Source: Clostridia bacterium (GTDB lineage Bacteria; Bacillota; Clostridia; TANB77; CAG-465). Taken from it: a stretch of 64,000 bases of DNA. Under the pieces are notes generated by a model. It saw only the letters and a program-made list of their open reading frames with translations, was not told where the DNA came from and ran no database searches. The translations under genes and the position numbers were made by a program. Shown one piece after another: positions 37,264 through 46,300 of the stretch (position 1 is the stretch's first letter; each line of letters begins with the position of its first letter). Location: positions 20,279 to 84,278 of the forward strand of contig JBJEXW010000043.1 of the NCBI GenBank assembly GCA_051886195.1, in the 5' to 3' direction.

Positions 37264-38376
37264 TTATAAGTTTCTTTCTTTATCTACCATTTCTAAAGCT
37301 GCAATAATTACTTTGTCCATATCATAATATTTATATTGTCCAAGTCTACCGCCAAAAATAACATTTTCTTCACTTTCAGCTAATTTTTCGTATTCTTTAT
37401 ATAAACTAGAGTTCTTTTCATCATTAACAGGATAATATGCTTCATCACCAAGCTTCCATGCATCAGGATATTCTCTGGTAATAACTGTGCCTTCACAATC
37501 ATTAAATTCAAAATGTTTATGCTCAATTATTCTTGTATAAGCTTCATCATGAGAATTAAAATTCATAACAGCAACTCCCTGATAATTATCCACGTCCTTT
37601 AGTAATTCATTTTCGAATCTCAATGTCCTATATTCAAGATTTCCTAATTTATAATCATAATACTCATCTATCATACCAGTAAAAAGAATTCTTTTTGCCA
37701 TTTTATCATACTTAGATTTTTCTTTTAAATAATCAACACCAAGTTCAACATCTGAACCTTTTAACATTCCTTCAATAATAACATTATATCCACCAATAGG
37801 TATTCCTTGATATCTATCATTAAAGTAATTATTATTATATGTAAATCTAACAGGTAGCCTTTTTATAATAAAAGGTGGTAATTCTTTGCAATCTCTTCCC
37901 CATTGCTTTTCAGTGTACTCTTTAACAAGTTTTCTATATATATCTTCTCCTACTAAAGATATAGCTTGCTCTTCAAGATTTTCAGGTTCTTTTCCTTTTA
38001 ATACACTTTTTTGCTCTTCGATTTTAGCCTTAGCTTCTGCAGGAGTTTTAACTTCTGGCCAAAGTTTAGTAAATGTGTTCATATTAAAAGGCATATTGTA
38101 TAACTCCCCCTTATAATTTGCTATTGGAGAGTTTATATAATTATTAAACTCTGCAAATTGATTAACATATTCCCATATTTCTTTATTACTAGTGTGAAAA
38201 ATATGCGCGCCATACTTATGTACATTTATGCCATTAATATTTTCACAATAGATATTTCCTCCAATGTGATTTCTTCTATCAATAACCAAACACTTCTTTC
38301 CTATTTTTGTCATTTCATGTGCAAAAGTAGCGCCAAAAAGTCCAGCGCCAACAATTAAATAATCATATTTTTCCAT
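37264..38376 (-). CDS. glf: UDP-galactopyranose mutase
   Basis: 370 aa. YDYLIVGAGLFGATFA...VIDRRNHIGGN FAD-binding N-terminus and overall Glf-like sequence. Confidence 0.92.
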   Translation of the reverse strand: MEKYDYLIVGAGLFGATFAHEMTKIGKKCLVIDRRNHIGGNIYCENINGINVHKYGAHIFHTSNKEIWEYVNQFAEFNNYINSPIANYKGELYNMPFNMNTFTKLWPEVKTPAEAKAKIEEQKSVLKGKEPENLEEQAISLVGEDIYRKLVKEYTEKQWGRDCKELPPFIIKRLPVRFTYNNNYFNDRYQGIPIGGYNVIIEGMLKGSDVELGVDYLKEKSKYDKMAKRILFTGMIDEYYDYKLGNLEYRTLRFENELLKDVDNYQGVAVMNFNSHDEAYTRIIEHKHFEFNDCEGTVITREYPDAWKLGDEAYYPVNDEKNSSLYKEYEKLAESEENVIFGGRLGQYKYYDMDKVIIAALEMVDKERNL

Positions 38377-38389
38377 AAATTTTTTCCTC

Positions 38390-39358
38390 CTATTTTACCT
38401 TAAATATTTCTCTATTAGAATTATAATATTCTTTCATTGCATTTGTTTGTGGACCATATGAAAAATGTCCTGCAACTGTATTTTCAGATACAATTATAGC
38501 TTTACTTTCTATCATACAATATTCACATAATTGAACTTCGTCTTGTCCCATATTTGTTCCAAGTCCAACTCTAAATCTTCCCATGTTTTCCCATATTTCT
38601 CTTGAAAATAATATTGCACCAATACTAAATCTTATTGAGCATATTGAATATGAAAAGTCTTGTTCAGAGAACTCTTTTGATAATTTATCAATATCTCTTA
38701 ATTTTTCTTCAGTTTCTCCCCACATAAATTTAGCTATATCTGGATTTTTTATAATTGGTGCTTGTCCATCTCCATCGTGATATGCTCTTCCAAACTTTTT
38801 GTCAAATTTTTCTATCAATCCTGTTTTTTCCAAAAAGTTTACGTTTGCATATCCATTTATTGGTAATAATGGAGCTACAAAACCTATATTATACCTTCCA
38901 TCTTTTTCCATTTTATCGTATGTTTCTTCTAATTGTGTAAAGAAATTTTCTGTTATGAATATATCTTCGTCTAATTTAAATATTTTTTTAGCATTAGGAT
39001 GTAAATTTATTGCTATATTTTGTACTAGTGTAACTTTATTTTGTTTCACACTTAAATAAGACCAATTATTTTTTTCTGCAATTTGGGCTAACTCTTCACT
39101 ATATAATCCTGAGGATACTATACAAAAATCAACATTCTTTGGTGCATATTTTTCTATTCTGCCAAATACGTCTTCCCATAAGAATTTTTTATATCCCGCT
39201 AAAATAATGCACATTTTTTCATTATCTTTTTTTCTGTCTATAAATTTATAGTTTCCTTTTATTCTCTTTTTTCTTTGGCTATCTGCCCTCATTTTTTTGG
39301 CTTTTCTTACCATCTTTATGCAAGTTTGGTTTTTTTCCATTTTTTCAATTAATCCCAT
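38390..39358 (-). CDS. Uncharacterised protein of the glycan locus, possible GT-A-like glycosyltransferase
   Basis: 322 aa. Basic N-terminus and a KLDEDIF (DxD-like) motif. No family recognised. AAGGGGGA RBS. Start overlaps the wzx 3' end by 14 nt. Confidence 0.35.
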   Translation of the reverse strand: MGLIEKMEKNQTCIKMVRKAKKMRADSQRKKRIKGNYKFIDRKKDNEKMCIILAGYKKFLWEDVFGRIEKYAPKNVDFCIVSSGLYSEELAQIAEKNNWSYLSVKQNKVTLVQNIAINLHPNAKKIFKLDEDIFITENFFTQLEETYDKMEKDGRYNIGFVAPLLPINGYANVNFLEKTGLIEKFDKKFGRAYHDGDGQAPIIKNPDIAKFMWGETEEKLRDIDKLSKEFSEQDFSYSICSIRFSIGAILFSREIWENMGRFRVGLGTNMGQDEVQLCEYCMIESKAIIVSENTVAGHFSYGPQTNAMKEYYNSNREIFKVK

Positions 39359-40811
39359 TAGATTTCCCCCTTAATTTATCTTTTAATCCAGCTTTTATTT
39401 GATTAAGTATACTATATAAAAATTCATATTTCAAAATTAATAGCATTACTAAATATACAATTCCACCTACAGCAATTTCTATAATTGTATTTAATATACT
39501 AACTTGCATTAAGCCAGTTACTAATTTTACTATTATAAACATTACCATTCCACTTATCAAGCATTTTATTGAAAGCTTTAGTATTTTTTTTATTGAAAAA
39601 TTATCCCTTAAATAATATGCCTGTATTGCAAATATTGATAATTCTGATACTACTGACGAAATAGCAGCACCTGTCCCATTAAAAATACTAATAAATATCA
39701 CATTTAATATAACATTTATTATTGCTCCTGCTACTACAGATATAGTAAATTCTTTTTGCTTTCCTGTTTGCACTAAATATTGAACTCCTGTTATTCCATT
39801 TAGTCCTATTGCTACTATTATTGGAGCTGTTACAATTAAAATTGGCGTTACTCCATCAAATCCTTCTCCATAATACCAAGGAACAAATTTTGAAGCTATT
39901 GCTATTAATCCAAACACCATTGGAATTGTAATAAGCCAAGAAAAATTAAATGATTTTTCTAAGCACTGCTTAATTTCTTTTGTATCATTTTTTGCATATG
40001 CATATGCAATTCTTGAATTCATTACTGTTTGCAATGCTCCTACTATAGTAAGAGTAGCTTTAACTACTTTTTGTGCTTGTTCATAATATCCAACTTCTAC
40101 CATATCATTGGTAATTGTTCCTATCATTGTTTTGTCTAATATAGTATATATCTGAATTGCTATCTGTGGAAGAAATAGTGCTATTGCTGGTTTTATATGT
40201 TTTTTTAGTTCAAATTCTATTACATTTACTTTTTCTAAATATTTTGGTAAATAAAACCATAATGTTATATTTCCTATTAATTCTGATCCAACATATATTG
40301 CAAAATATTTCCAAAGATCATTTGGCGTTTTTATAACAACAAAAATTAATACTAAACTTAATAACTTAACAATTAGATTTCTTACAACGGTTTTATCGAA
40401 TTCTTCAATTCCCTGAAATAGCCAACTTATATCAAATAAATTTGCCACTAATTGCACTATTAATATTCTATAATATAAAGCATACTCACCACTTCTACCA
40501 TAAATCAAGTAAAATACTAAAATTGATATGCTAAGTGTAATAGTTCTTATTGAAATAATCTCCCAAAAAGTTTTACTTCTTTCTTTTTTATTTTCACCTT
40601 TATAAGCAATTTCTCGTTGACCATACATTGAAACTCCTAAAGTTCCAAATAATATAAAATACGTAACAATAGAAATAGTATAACCATATATTCCAATTGA
40701 TTCTGCACCTAGCACTCTTGATAAATATGGTGTTGTTACTAAAGGTAACAGTATTGTTAGCATTTGATATATCAAATTATACACATAGTTTTTAGCAATG
40801 CTTTTTTTCAT
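39345..40811 (-). CDS. wzx: Oligosaccharide flippase (Wzx, MOP superfamily)
   Basis: 488 aa with about 12-14 TM. N-terminus NLIYQMLTILLPLVTTPYLSRVLGAESIG is typical of polysaccharide biosynthesis/flippase proteins. Confidence 0.8.
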   Translation of the reverse strand: MKKSIAKNYVYNLIYQMLTILLPLVTTPYLSRVLGAESIGIYGYTISIVTYFILFGTLGVSMYGQREIAYKGENKKERSKTFWEIISIRTITLSISILVFYLIYGRSGEYALYYRILIVQLVANLFDISWLFQGIEEFDKTVVRNLIVKLLSLVLIFVVIKTPNDLWKYFAIYVGSELIGNITLWFYLPKYLEKVNVIEFELKKHIKPAIALFLPQIAIQIYTILDKTMIGTITNDMVEVGYYEQAQKVVKATLTIVGALQTVMNSRIAYAYAKNDTKEIKQCLEKSFNFSWLITIPMVFGLIAIASKFVPWYYGEGFDGVTPILIVTAPIIVAIGLNGITGVQYLVQTGKQKEFTISVVAGAIINVILNVIFISIFNGTGAAISSVVSELSIFAIQAYYLRDNFSIKKILKLSIKCLISGMVMFIIVKLVTGLMQVSILNTIIEIAVGGIVYLVMLLILKYEFLYSILNQIKAGLKDKLRGKSNGIN

Positions 40812-40812
40812 T

Positions 40813-41961
40813 TTATTTTTTTCTTCCTCTCTTATTGTATTTTATTGTATTTGCTATTTTTTTTGCTGTTACATTCCATGAAAATTCTTCTTTTACTTTT
40901 CTTTCTATATTTATTCCCATATTTACCATTTTATTTCTATCATTTATTATTTTTTCTATTTTATCTTGTATTTCTTCTGTTTCAAAACCACATATATAAC
41001 CAAACTCTTCATTAGATATTATTTCTACAGTTCCTCCCATTGGTGTCGCAACAACAGCACACTTCATCATTCCAGCTTCTAATATTGTTGTCGGCAATCC
41101 CTCTGAAAAATGAGATGGATTAACAAATATATTGGTTCTTGCTAATAATTTTAGTACTTCTTCATGTGATATTTTTCCTAAGATTTTTATATTGGCTATT
41201 TTCTTATTATCTTGGATTACTTTTTCTAATATAGGTCCATCTCCAGCTAAGTTCAATTCTAAGTTAGGATATTTTTTATCTAAATTTTTAAAGGCATTTA
41301 TTAATCGTAACACTCCTTTTTCTTCTATCATTCTTCCTGTATATGTTAAAACTATTTTTCCTGTATCTTTATTAATATATTTACTATATTTTTCTATCTC
41401 ATCAGTATTAACAGAATTATAAAATACTCCTTTAGCCTCAATATCAAAATGTTTTAGCCATTCTGTGCATCTTTTGGAAACTCCGTAATAGTCTTTCACC
41501 CTCTTTTTTATAGAATTTGTTAATTGGTGTTCATATATTTCCCCAAAGAAATCTAATACTTTATTATTTACTGTAAAATGTGTACTTCCATGTTCAATTA
41601 AACACGCAGGTATATCATTTTTCTGTATAAATTTCGCAGCAATATATGATGTTGTCCAAAACCTAGTCTGTATTATTACCGAATTAATATTTTCCTTTTT
41701 TACAATTTCAAGTAATTCTTTACATCTCTTATTAGGTTTATTTATCGGATATCGCTCTGAAACTATTTTATATGTAGGTAACCTTACTATTTTAGCATAC
41801 TCCGCCTCTTCTACTTCTTTTAAATCTTTATTATATCTGGACGTAATGATTATGATTTTATATCCCATACCATTTAACTTTTTAGCTAAATTATATGTGT
41901 ACCTTTCAACGCCACCTAAATGTGGCAAATAGTATCCTGAAAATATAGCTATTGTTTGCAT
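40813..41961 (-). CDS. Glycosyltransferase family 4
   Basis: 382 aa GT-B with PSHFSEGLPTTILEAGMMKCAVV (EX7E-like). Confidence 0.8.
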   Translation of the reverse strand: MQTIAIFSGYYLPHLGGVERYTYNLAKKLNGMGYKIIIITSRYNKDLKEVEEAEYAKIVRLPTYKIVSERYPINKPNKRCKELLEIVKKENINSVIIQTRFWTTSYIAAKFIQKNDIPACLIEHGSTHFTVNNKVLDFFGEIYEHQLTNSIKKRVKDYYGVSKRCTEWLKHFDIEAKGVFYNSVNTDEIEKYSKYINKDTGKIVLTYTGRMIEEKGVLRLINAFKNLDKKYPNLELNLAGDGPILEKVIQDNKKIANIKILGKISHEEVLKLLARTNIFVNPSHFSEGLPTTILEAGMMKCAVVATPMGGTVEIISNEEFGYICGFETEEIQDKIEKIINDRNKMVNMGINIERKVKEEFSWNVTAKKIANTIKYNKRGRKK

Positions 41962-41982
41962 TTATTTTATTCTCCCCTATTT

Positions 41983-42723
41983 TTAGTTTATCATTAAATA
42001 TTGGTTATATGGTCTTCTATCTGTGTTATATACCGGCATTTTTTGCACTTTAAGTTCTTTGTGTTTTAAAAGCCAAACGTTAAATAATCTCTCTGACATA
42101 AAGCCAAATAACCTTTTATTATAATCATCATACTGACTTATATCAGTTCTTTTTTCCAACTCAAATAAAATATCAAATAACCATTTGTAATATTCATCAA
42201 AAATTTCTTTTCTTGCAATAAACATATTACATATGTATAGAAATCTACTTTTAGAAAATTTTTCAAAAGCTTCCATATAGTCAGGATATTTTTCTGATAT
42301 AATCTTTCTACACTCATCATAGTCCTTTTTTATATGTGTTTTTTCCCATGATTTTTCTGCATTATGTTTTATGATAAATGTTGAGTTTGGAACTATTATA
42401 TCTTTATCTTTTAGTATTTTTCTAATATCTTGCTCACTTAAAACATTTTTCAGTTTATTATTTTTATATTTTTTAAAGAAGTATCTACGATAATGAGTCA
42501 ATCCTACTATATCTGATTTATCATTTTTCATTATCCAATATGTCGCTGTTAATTCACAAAAACTTTTATTCTTGTTTGATATATTTTCTCCAATATCATC
42601 CCTTTGATATCCAAAATCATCACTATTTAAAGCAGCGCCAACTCTTATTGGTTTATATATGCTTTCTTTTGGAAATTCAGCTTTTTTATGTGTCGCTACA
42701 TATATAGTTATTTTTTCACTCAT
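41983..42723 (-). CDS. DUF4422-family protein (putative glycosyltransferase, often linked to Glf)
   Basis: IYVATHKK...YKPIRVGAAL...DDIGENISNKNKSFCELTATYW...VGLTHYRRYF matches the DUF4422 signature as I remember it. ATG 42723 has AAAGGAGG upstream and overlaps the gtrA-like stop (ATGAGTGA). Confidence 0.75.
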   Translation of the reverse strand: MSEKITIYVATHKKAEFPKESIYKPIRVGAALNSDDFGYQRDDIGENISNKNKSFCELTATYWIMKNDKSDIVGLTHYRRYFFKKYKNNKLKNVLSEQDIRKILKDKDIIVPNSTFIIKHNAEKSWEKTHIKKDYDECRKIISEKYPDYMEAFEKFSKSRFLYICNMFIARKEIFDEYYKWLFDILFELEKRTDISQYDDYNKRLFGFMSERLFNVWLLKHKELKVQKMPVYNTDRRPYNQYLMIN

Positions 42724-43147
42724 TCTTATCCTCCTTTTTGAATACAACTACTTTACTCAATAAATAATTTGATAAAACTACTAATACTTGTGAAAATATT
42801 TTTAATATTTTGTCATTAAAATTCAATATAGTTACTCCTATAAACATTATTATCATATCCATCAATAATGTTGCTAATCTTGAGGTTACAAATTTGCCAG
42901 CTTCTTTTATTTTGTTTTTTTCCTTACTTCCAAATACAAATTTTCTATTTGTGATATATGAAAATATAACTCCATTAATCCACGAAAGTATATTTGCTAT
43001 TTGTAATTGAAAACCATCATTCGGATTTAAAAAAGTATTTACGCTACCATAATATGTCCCCATTGAAACTATTGTTGTCAACACTCCAAATATTAAATAA
43101 TTAATTATTTCTTTGTATTTTATAGTCAATTCTTTTATTTTTTGCAT
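42716..43147 (-). CDS. GtrA-family membrane protein (lipid-linked sugar translocase-like)
   Basis: 143 aa with 4 TM and the YITNRKFVF motif. Confidence 0.8.
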   Translation of the reverse strand: MQKIKELTIKYKEIINYLIFGVLTTIVSMGTYYGSVNTFLNPNDGFQLQIANILSWINGVIFSYITNRKFVFGSKEKNKIKEAGKFVTSRLATLLMDMIIMFIGVTILNFNDKILKIFSQVLVVLSNYLLSKVVVFKKEDKNE

Positions 43148-43166
43148 AAATAATATTACCTCTCAT

Positions 43167-43505
43167 TTATTTTTTTTCATTATATTCTTTTAGTGCTAAA
43201 TAATGATCTAAATCTTTTATTTTTTCGTTTAATAGTGTAATATGTAAATTATCTATAAATACTTGTATTAATAAAAATGCAATCATTATAAGAAACACAA
43301 AATTTACAGGTGATACAAAACCTAAAAGATTAGAAATATATCCAACTGCATTTGCAAATATACTCATTAATATTAAAATAAAACTACCGAGCATCCATGT
43401 TACTGCATTTTCCACTTTTAATTTAGATTGTTTTATTTTCATAACACATAATAAAAACGCTATAAATGAGCTTATTATTAATATAACTCTTAATGTTATT
43501 GACAT
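43167..43505 (-). CDS. DUF2304-family small membrane protein
   Basis: 112 aa with 3-4 TM and a C-terminal amphipathic tail, in the classic position next to a GT2. Confidence 0.65.
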   Translation of the reverse strand: MSITLRVILIISSFIAFLLCVMKIKQSKLKVENAVTWMLGSFILILMSIFANAVGYISNLLGFVSPVNFVFLIMIAFLLIQVFIDNLHITLLNEKIKDLDHYLALKEYNEKK

Positions 43506-43515
43506 TTTATACCTC

Positions 43516-44241
43516 CTACTTTTTCTTTCCTGTAAATGATCTAATAAATAAAATTGACATCATCATATTTGCCATATATTTTACAGATTTAAATGCATTA
43601 AGATAACTTTCTCCAAATTCTCTATCCCTCATTTGAACTTGTACTTCTTTTATATTTAAACCCCTTTTAATCATATAAACAATAGTGTCGGGTTCTGGTG
43701 TTAAGCTTGCATTGGTACAGAACATGTCTATAGCTTTTTTATTATATGCACGCATACCTGATGTTGGATCTGTAATTTTTTTCCATGTCGTTAACTTAAT
43801 AGCAATAGAAATAAGTCTACTTCCAAGCATTCTCATTGTAAATGTTTTCTTTTCATCTACAAATCTTGAACCAATTGCAACATCTACACCATTTTTTTCT
43901 ATTTCATCTACTAATTTTTTTAAATATTTAGCATCATGTTGTCCATCACCATCAAATTGAATTGCAATATCGTATCCGTATTTTTTGGCATATTTCATTC
44001 CAACTTGAATACCACTTGTAAGACCATAGTTAATTGGTAGTGAAATCATATTAAAGCCATTTTTTTCACATACTTCCTTAGTATTATCTTTTGAACAATC
44101 ATTGATTATGACATAATCATAATTGGTATTTGTAGTTATGTCTTTTATTGTTTTTTCTATATTTAATTCCTCATTATATGCAGGCACTATAACTAAAACT
44201 TTTATTTTAATCTCCCCCTTTATGTATCTTTTCTTTTCCAT
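43516..44241 (-). CDS. Glycosyltransferase family 2 (Dpm1/GtrB-like polyprenyl-phosphate glycosyltransferase, soluble catalytic part)
   Basis: VLVIVPAYNEELNI and QFDGDGQHD motifs. 241 aa with no C-terminal TM helices. Confidence 0.8.
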   Translation of the reverse strand: MEKKRYIKGEIKIKVLVIVPAYNEELNIEKTIKDITTNTNYDYVIINDCSKDNTKEVCEKNGFNMISLPINYGLTSGIQVGMKYAKKYGYDIAIQFDGDGQHDAKYLKKLVDEIEKNGVDVAIGSRFVDEKKTFTMRMLGSRLISIAIKLTTWKKITDPTSGMRAYNKKAIDMFCTNASLTPEPDTIVYMIKRGLNIKEVQVQMRDREFGESYLNAFKSVKYMANMMMSILFIRSFTGKKK

Positions 44242-44275
44242 ATTATATTATATTTATTTTTTGTTTTCAATTAAT

Positions 44276-46288
44276 TTAGCTAAAAAACATGATAATTGTA
44301 GTAAATGCTACAATATACGCAATAGATATACATATAGTATAAAATTTTTCTTTTTCATTTATTTTTAGCTTAATTTTGTCACTTGAACATCCAATGTATA
44401 AAAGTGCGGACGAAGCAACAAAATATCTGGCTTGAATACCATATACAGCATTCCTTCCAATCTCAGTCCATTGTGCAAAAGCTATCACATATACTATACC
44501 AATTATTGCTAGTCCAGAAAATATAAAGAACAGTCTTGGTAAAAGTTTTAAATTTTCATCTTCTTCATCATAACAGAACAATAATAAAAAGTACATAAAG
44601 TTAAGCATTATACAAAATATAGGTTCATTCCAAATTGTAGAATATCCAAAACAATCAAAAAAAGATTTAAATATATCTTGATCTAATCTATTTATTGCAG
44701 TTCCGAAAAGTACAATTAATGAATCTATTGGATTTGTAAATAAATACTTAATACTATATACATTTGTGGCTTCTTGTGACACAGCAACGTTTGTATTATA
44801 TGTAACACCCAAATTCACCATAAAAGATATGCATAAAGTAAATACAAAAGCTAGTCCTTTAAAGCAGTTTGCAATTTTTCTATTCTTAAATTTTTTACTA
44901 GGAATCAATATTGCAAGTAATACTATTGGAAAATATCCAAATTTTACTACCGCAAGCACCAAACAAATAAGTCCAAATATTCCAATTTCTTTTGCTCTAA
45001 CTTTTTCTACGTCATATATTAAATAAAAAATATATGCTATAAGTAACAATATAGTTGCATTAGTTAGATAATCCATATTAATTGCCATTCCCTGTTGAAT
45101 AAATATAGGAAATAAAGCAACAACTAACAATACTTTCTTAAATCTTGGTGTTATTTTAAGTGCAAAGTAACATAGTACTGATGTAAGTATTAAATCAAAC
45201 AATCTACATAGTAGGAACAATACTAAGGTTGGTGCACCAATATGTCTACCAATAAATAGAATAATTGAAGATGGTAAATATGCTAAAAAGAAAGCATTCT
45301 TTACATTACCATAATTAGTTAATCCTGTACTTAAGACATTATAATCTGCAGTTTTAAATACTTCAGAAATATAATTTTCTGCATAAATTTTATTTGCACC
45401 ACTATGTAAATTACGATTAAACTTAAACGTAAAATCAATTACAGCACTAGGAAATCTCCAGAATCCCCCATCATCTGTATTTCCAACCAAAAGTGAATCT
45501 TTATATGCCCTATAAAAATGTGATGCTTCATCTGGTACATTTGTGGGTGCCATAACATATATCATACTTATTCCAACTGTAACAATAAAAGTAGCATATA
45601 TATACCACACGCTTTTGTTTTTCATTTTAATTATTACATATACATTATATATTAATAAAGCTATTATTGGGATAACGACAAATTTTCTTAAAACAAGCAT
45701 TAATAAGTAATAATTAAACATATATATAATAAACATATCTATCAATGCCAAAATCATATTATATGCTTTAATTTTTCCATCCATTATCTTAGCATAATAG
45801 TTATATAAATAATAAACTAAAGCAAACATGATAACAGAAAAAATAATTGCAATAGGTATAATATAGCCATTAATAGAATTTTTAAATATCTCTGCTTTAT
45901 TTACTAGATATGTGTATTCAAAGTTATCAATCTTTTGTATTTGGTTTTCTCTATAAATAACTTTATCTGTTTCTATCAAGTTTGATTCATTATCATAGCA
46001 TACATAAAAATTATCTATAACTGATGCTGATAAAGTTATCTTCTTTCCCGGAACGTTTGAATATAAAAAACCATCATCATTTATATCTAATTCATTATCT
46101 TTAAATCTACTAAGTGGTATATTACTTGTATTTATACCTATTGTTTTTATTTTAGTATTTTGACTAAATTCAATAGTATACTCTACTTGATTTTTAGCAT
46201 AATTGTACATCAAACAACTTATACTAGAAAAAACAGTCAATATAATTGAAATTATACTAATGAATATTATATTTTTTTTATTTTTCAT
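44276..46288 (-). CDS. DUF2142-family polytopic membrane protein (GT-C-like glycosyltransferase), paralogue A
   Basis: 670 aa. Signal anchor, an extracytoplasmic domain of about 130 aa, then many TM with the PDEASHF motif. Confidence 0.7.
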   Translation of the reverse strand: MKNKKNIIFISIISIILTVFSSISCLMYNYAKNQVEYTIEFSQNTKIKTIGINTSNIPLSRFKDNELDINDDGFLYSNVPGKKITLSASVIDNFYVCYDNESNLIETDKVIYRENQIQKIDNFEYTYLVNKAEIFKNSINGYIIPIAIIFSVIMFALVYYLYNYYAKIMDGKIKAYNMILALIDMFIIYMFNYYLLMLVLRKFVVIPIIALLIYNVYVIIKMKNKSVWYIYATFIVTVGISMIYVMAPTNVPDEASHFYRAYKDSLLVGNTDDGGFWRFPSAVIDFTFKFNRNLHSGANKIYAENYISEVFKTADYNVLSTGLTNYGNVKNAFFLAYLPSSIILFIGRHIGAPTLVLFLLCRLFDLILTSVLCYFALKITPRFKKVLLVVALFPIFIQQGMAINMDYLTNATILLLIAYIFYLIYDVEKVRAKEIGIFGLICLVLAVVKFGYFPIVLLAILIPSKKFKNRKIANCFKGLAFVFTLCISFMVNLGVTYNTNVAVSQEATNVYSIKYLFTNPIDSLIVLFGTAINRLDQDIFKSFFDCFGYSTIWNEPIFCIMLNFMYFLLLFCYDEEDENLKLLPRLFFIFSGLAIIGIVYVIAFAQWTEIGRNAVYGIQARYFVASSALLYIGCSSDKIKLKINEKEKFYTICISIAYIVAFTTIIMFFS

Positions 46289-46300
46289 ATATAAACTCCT

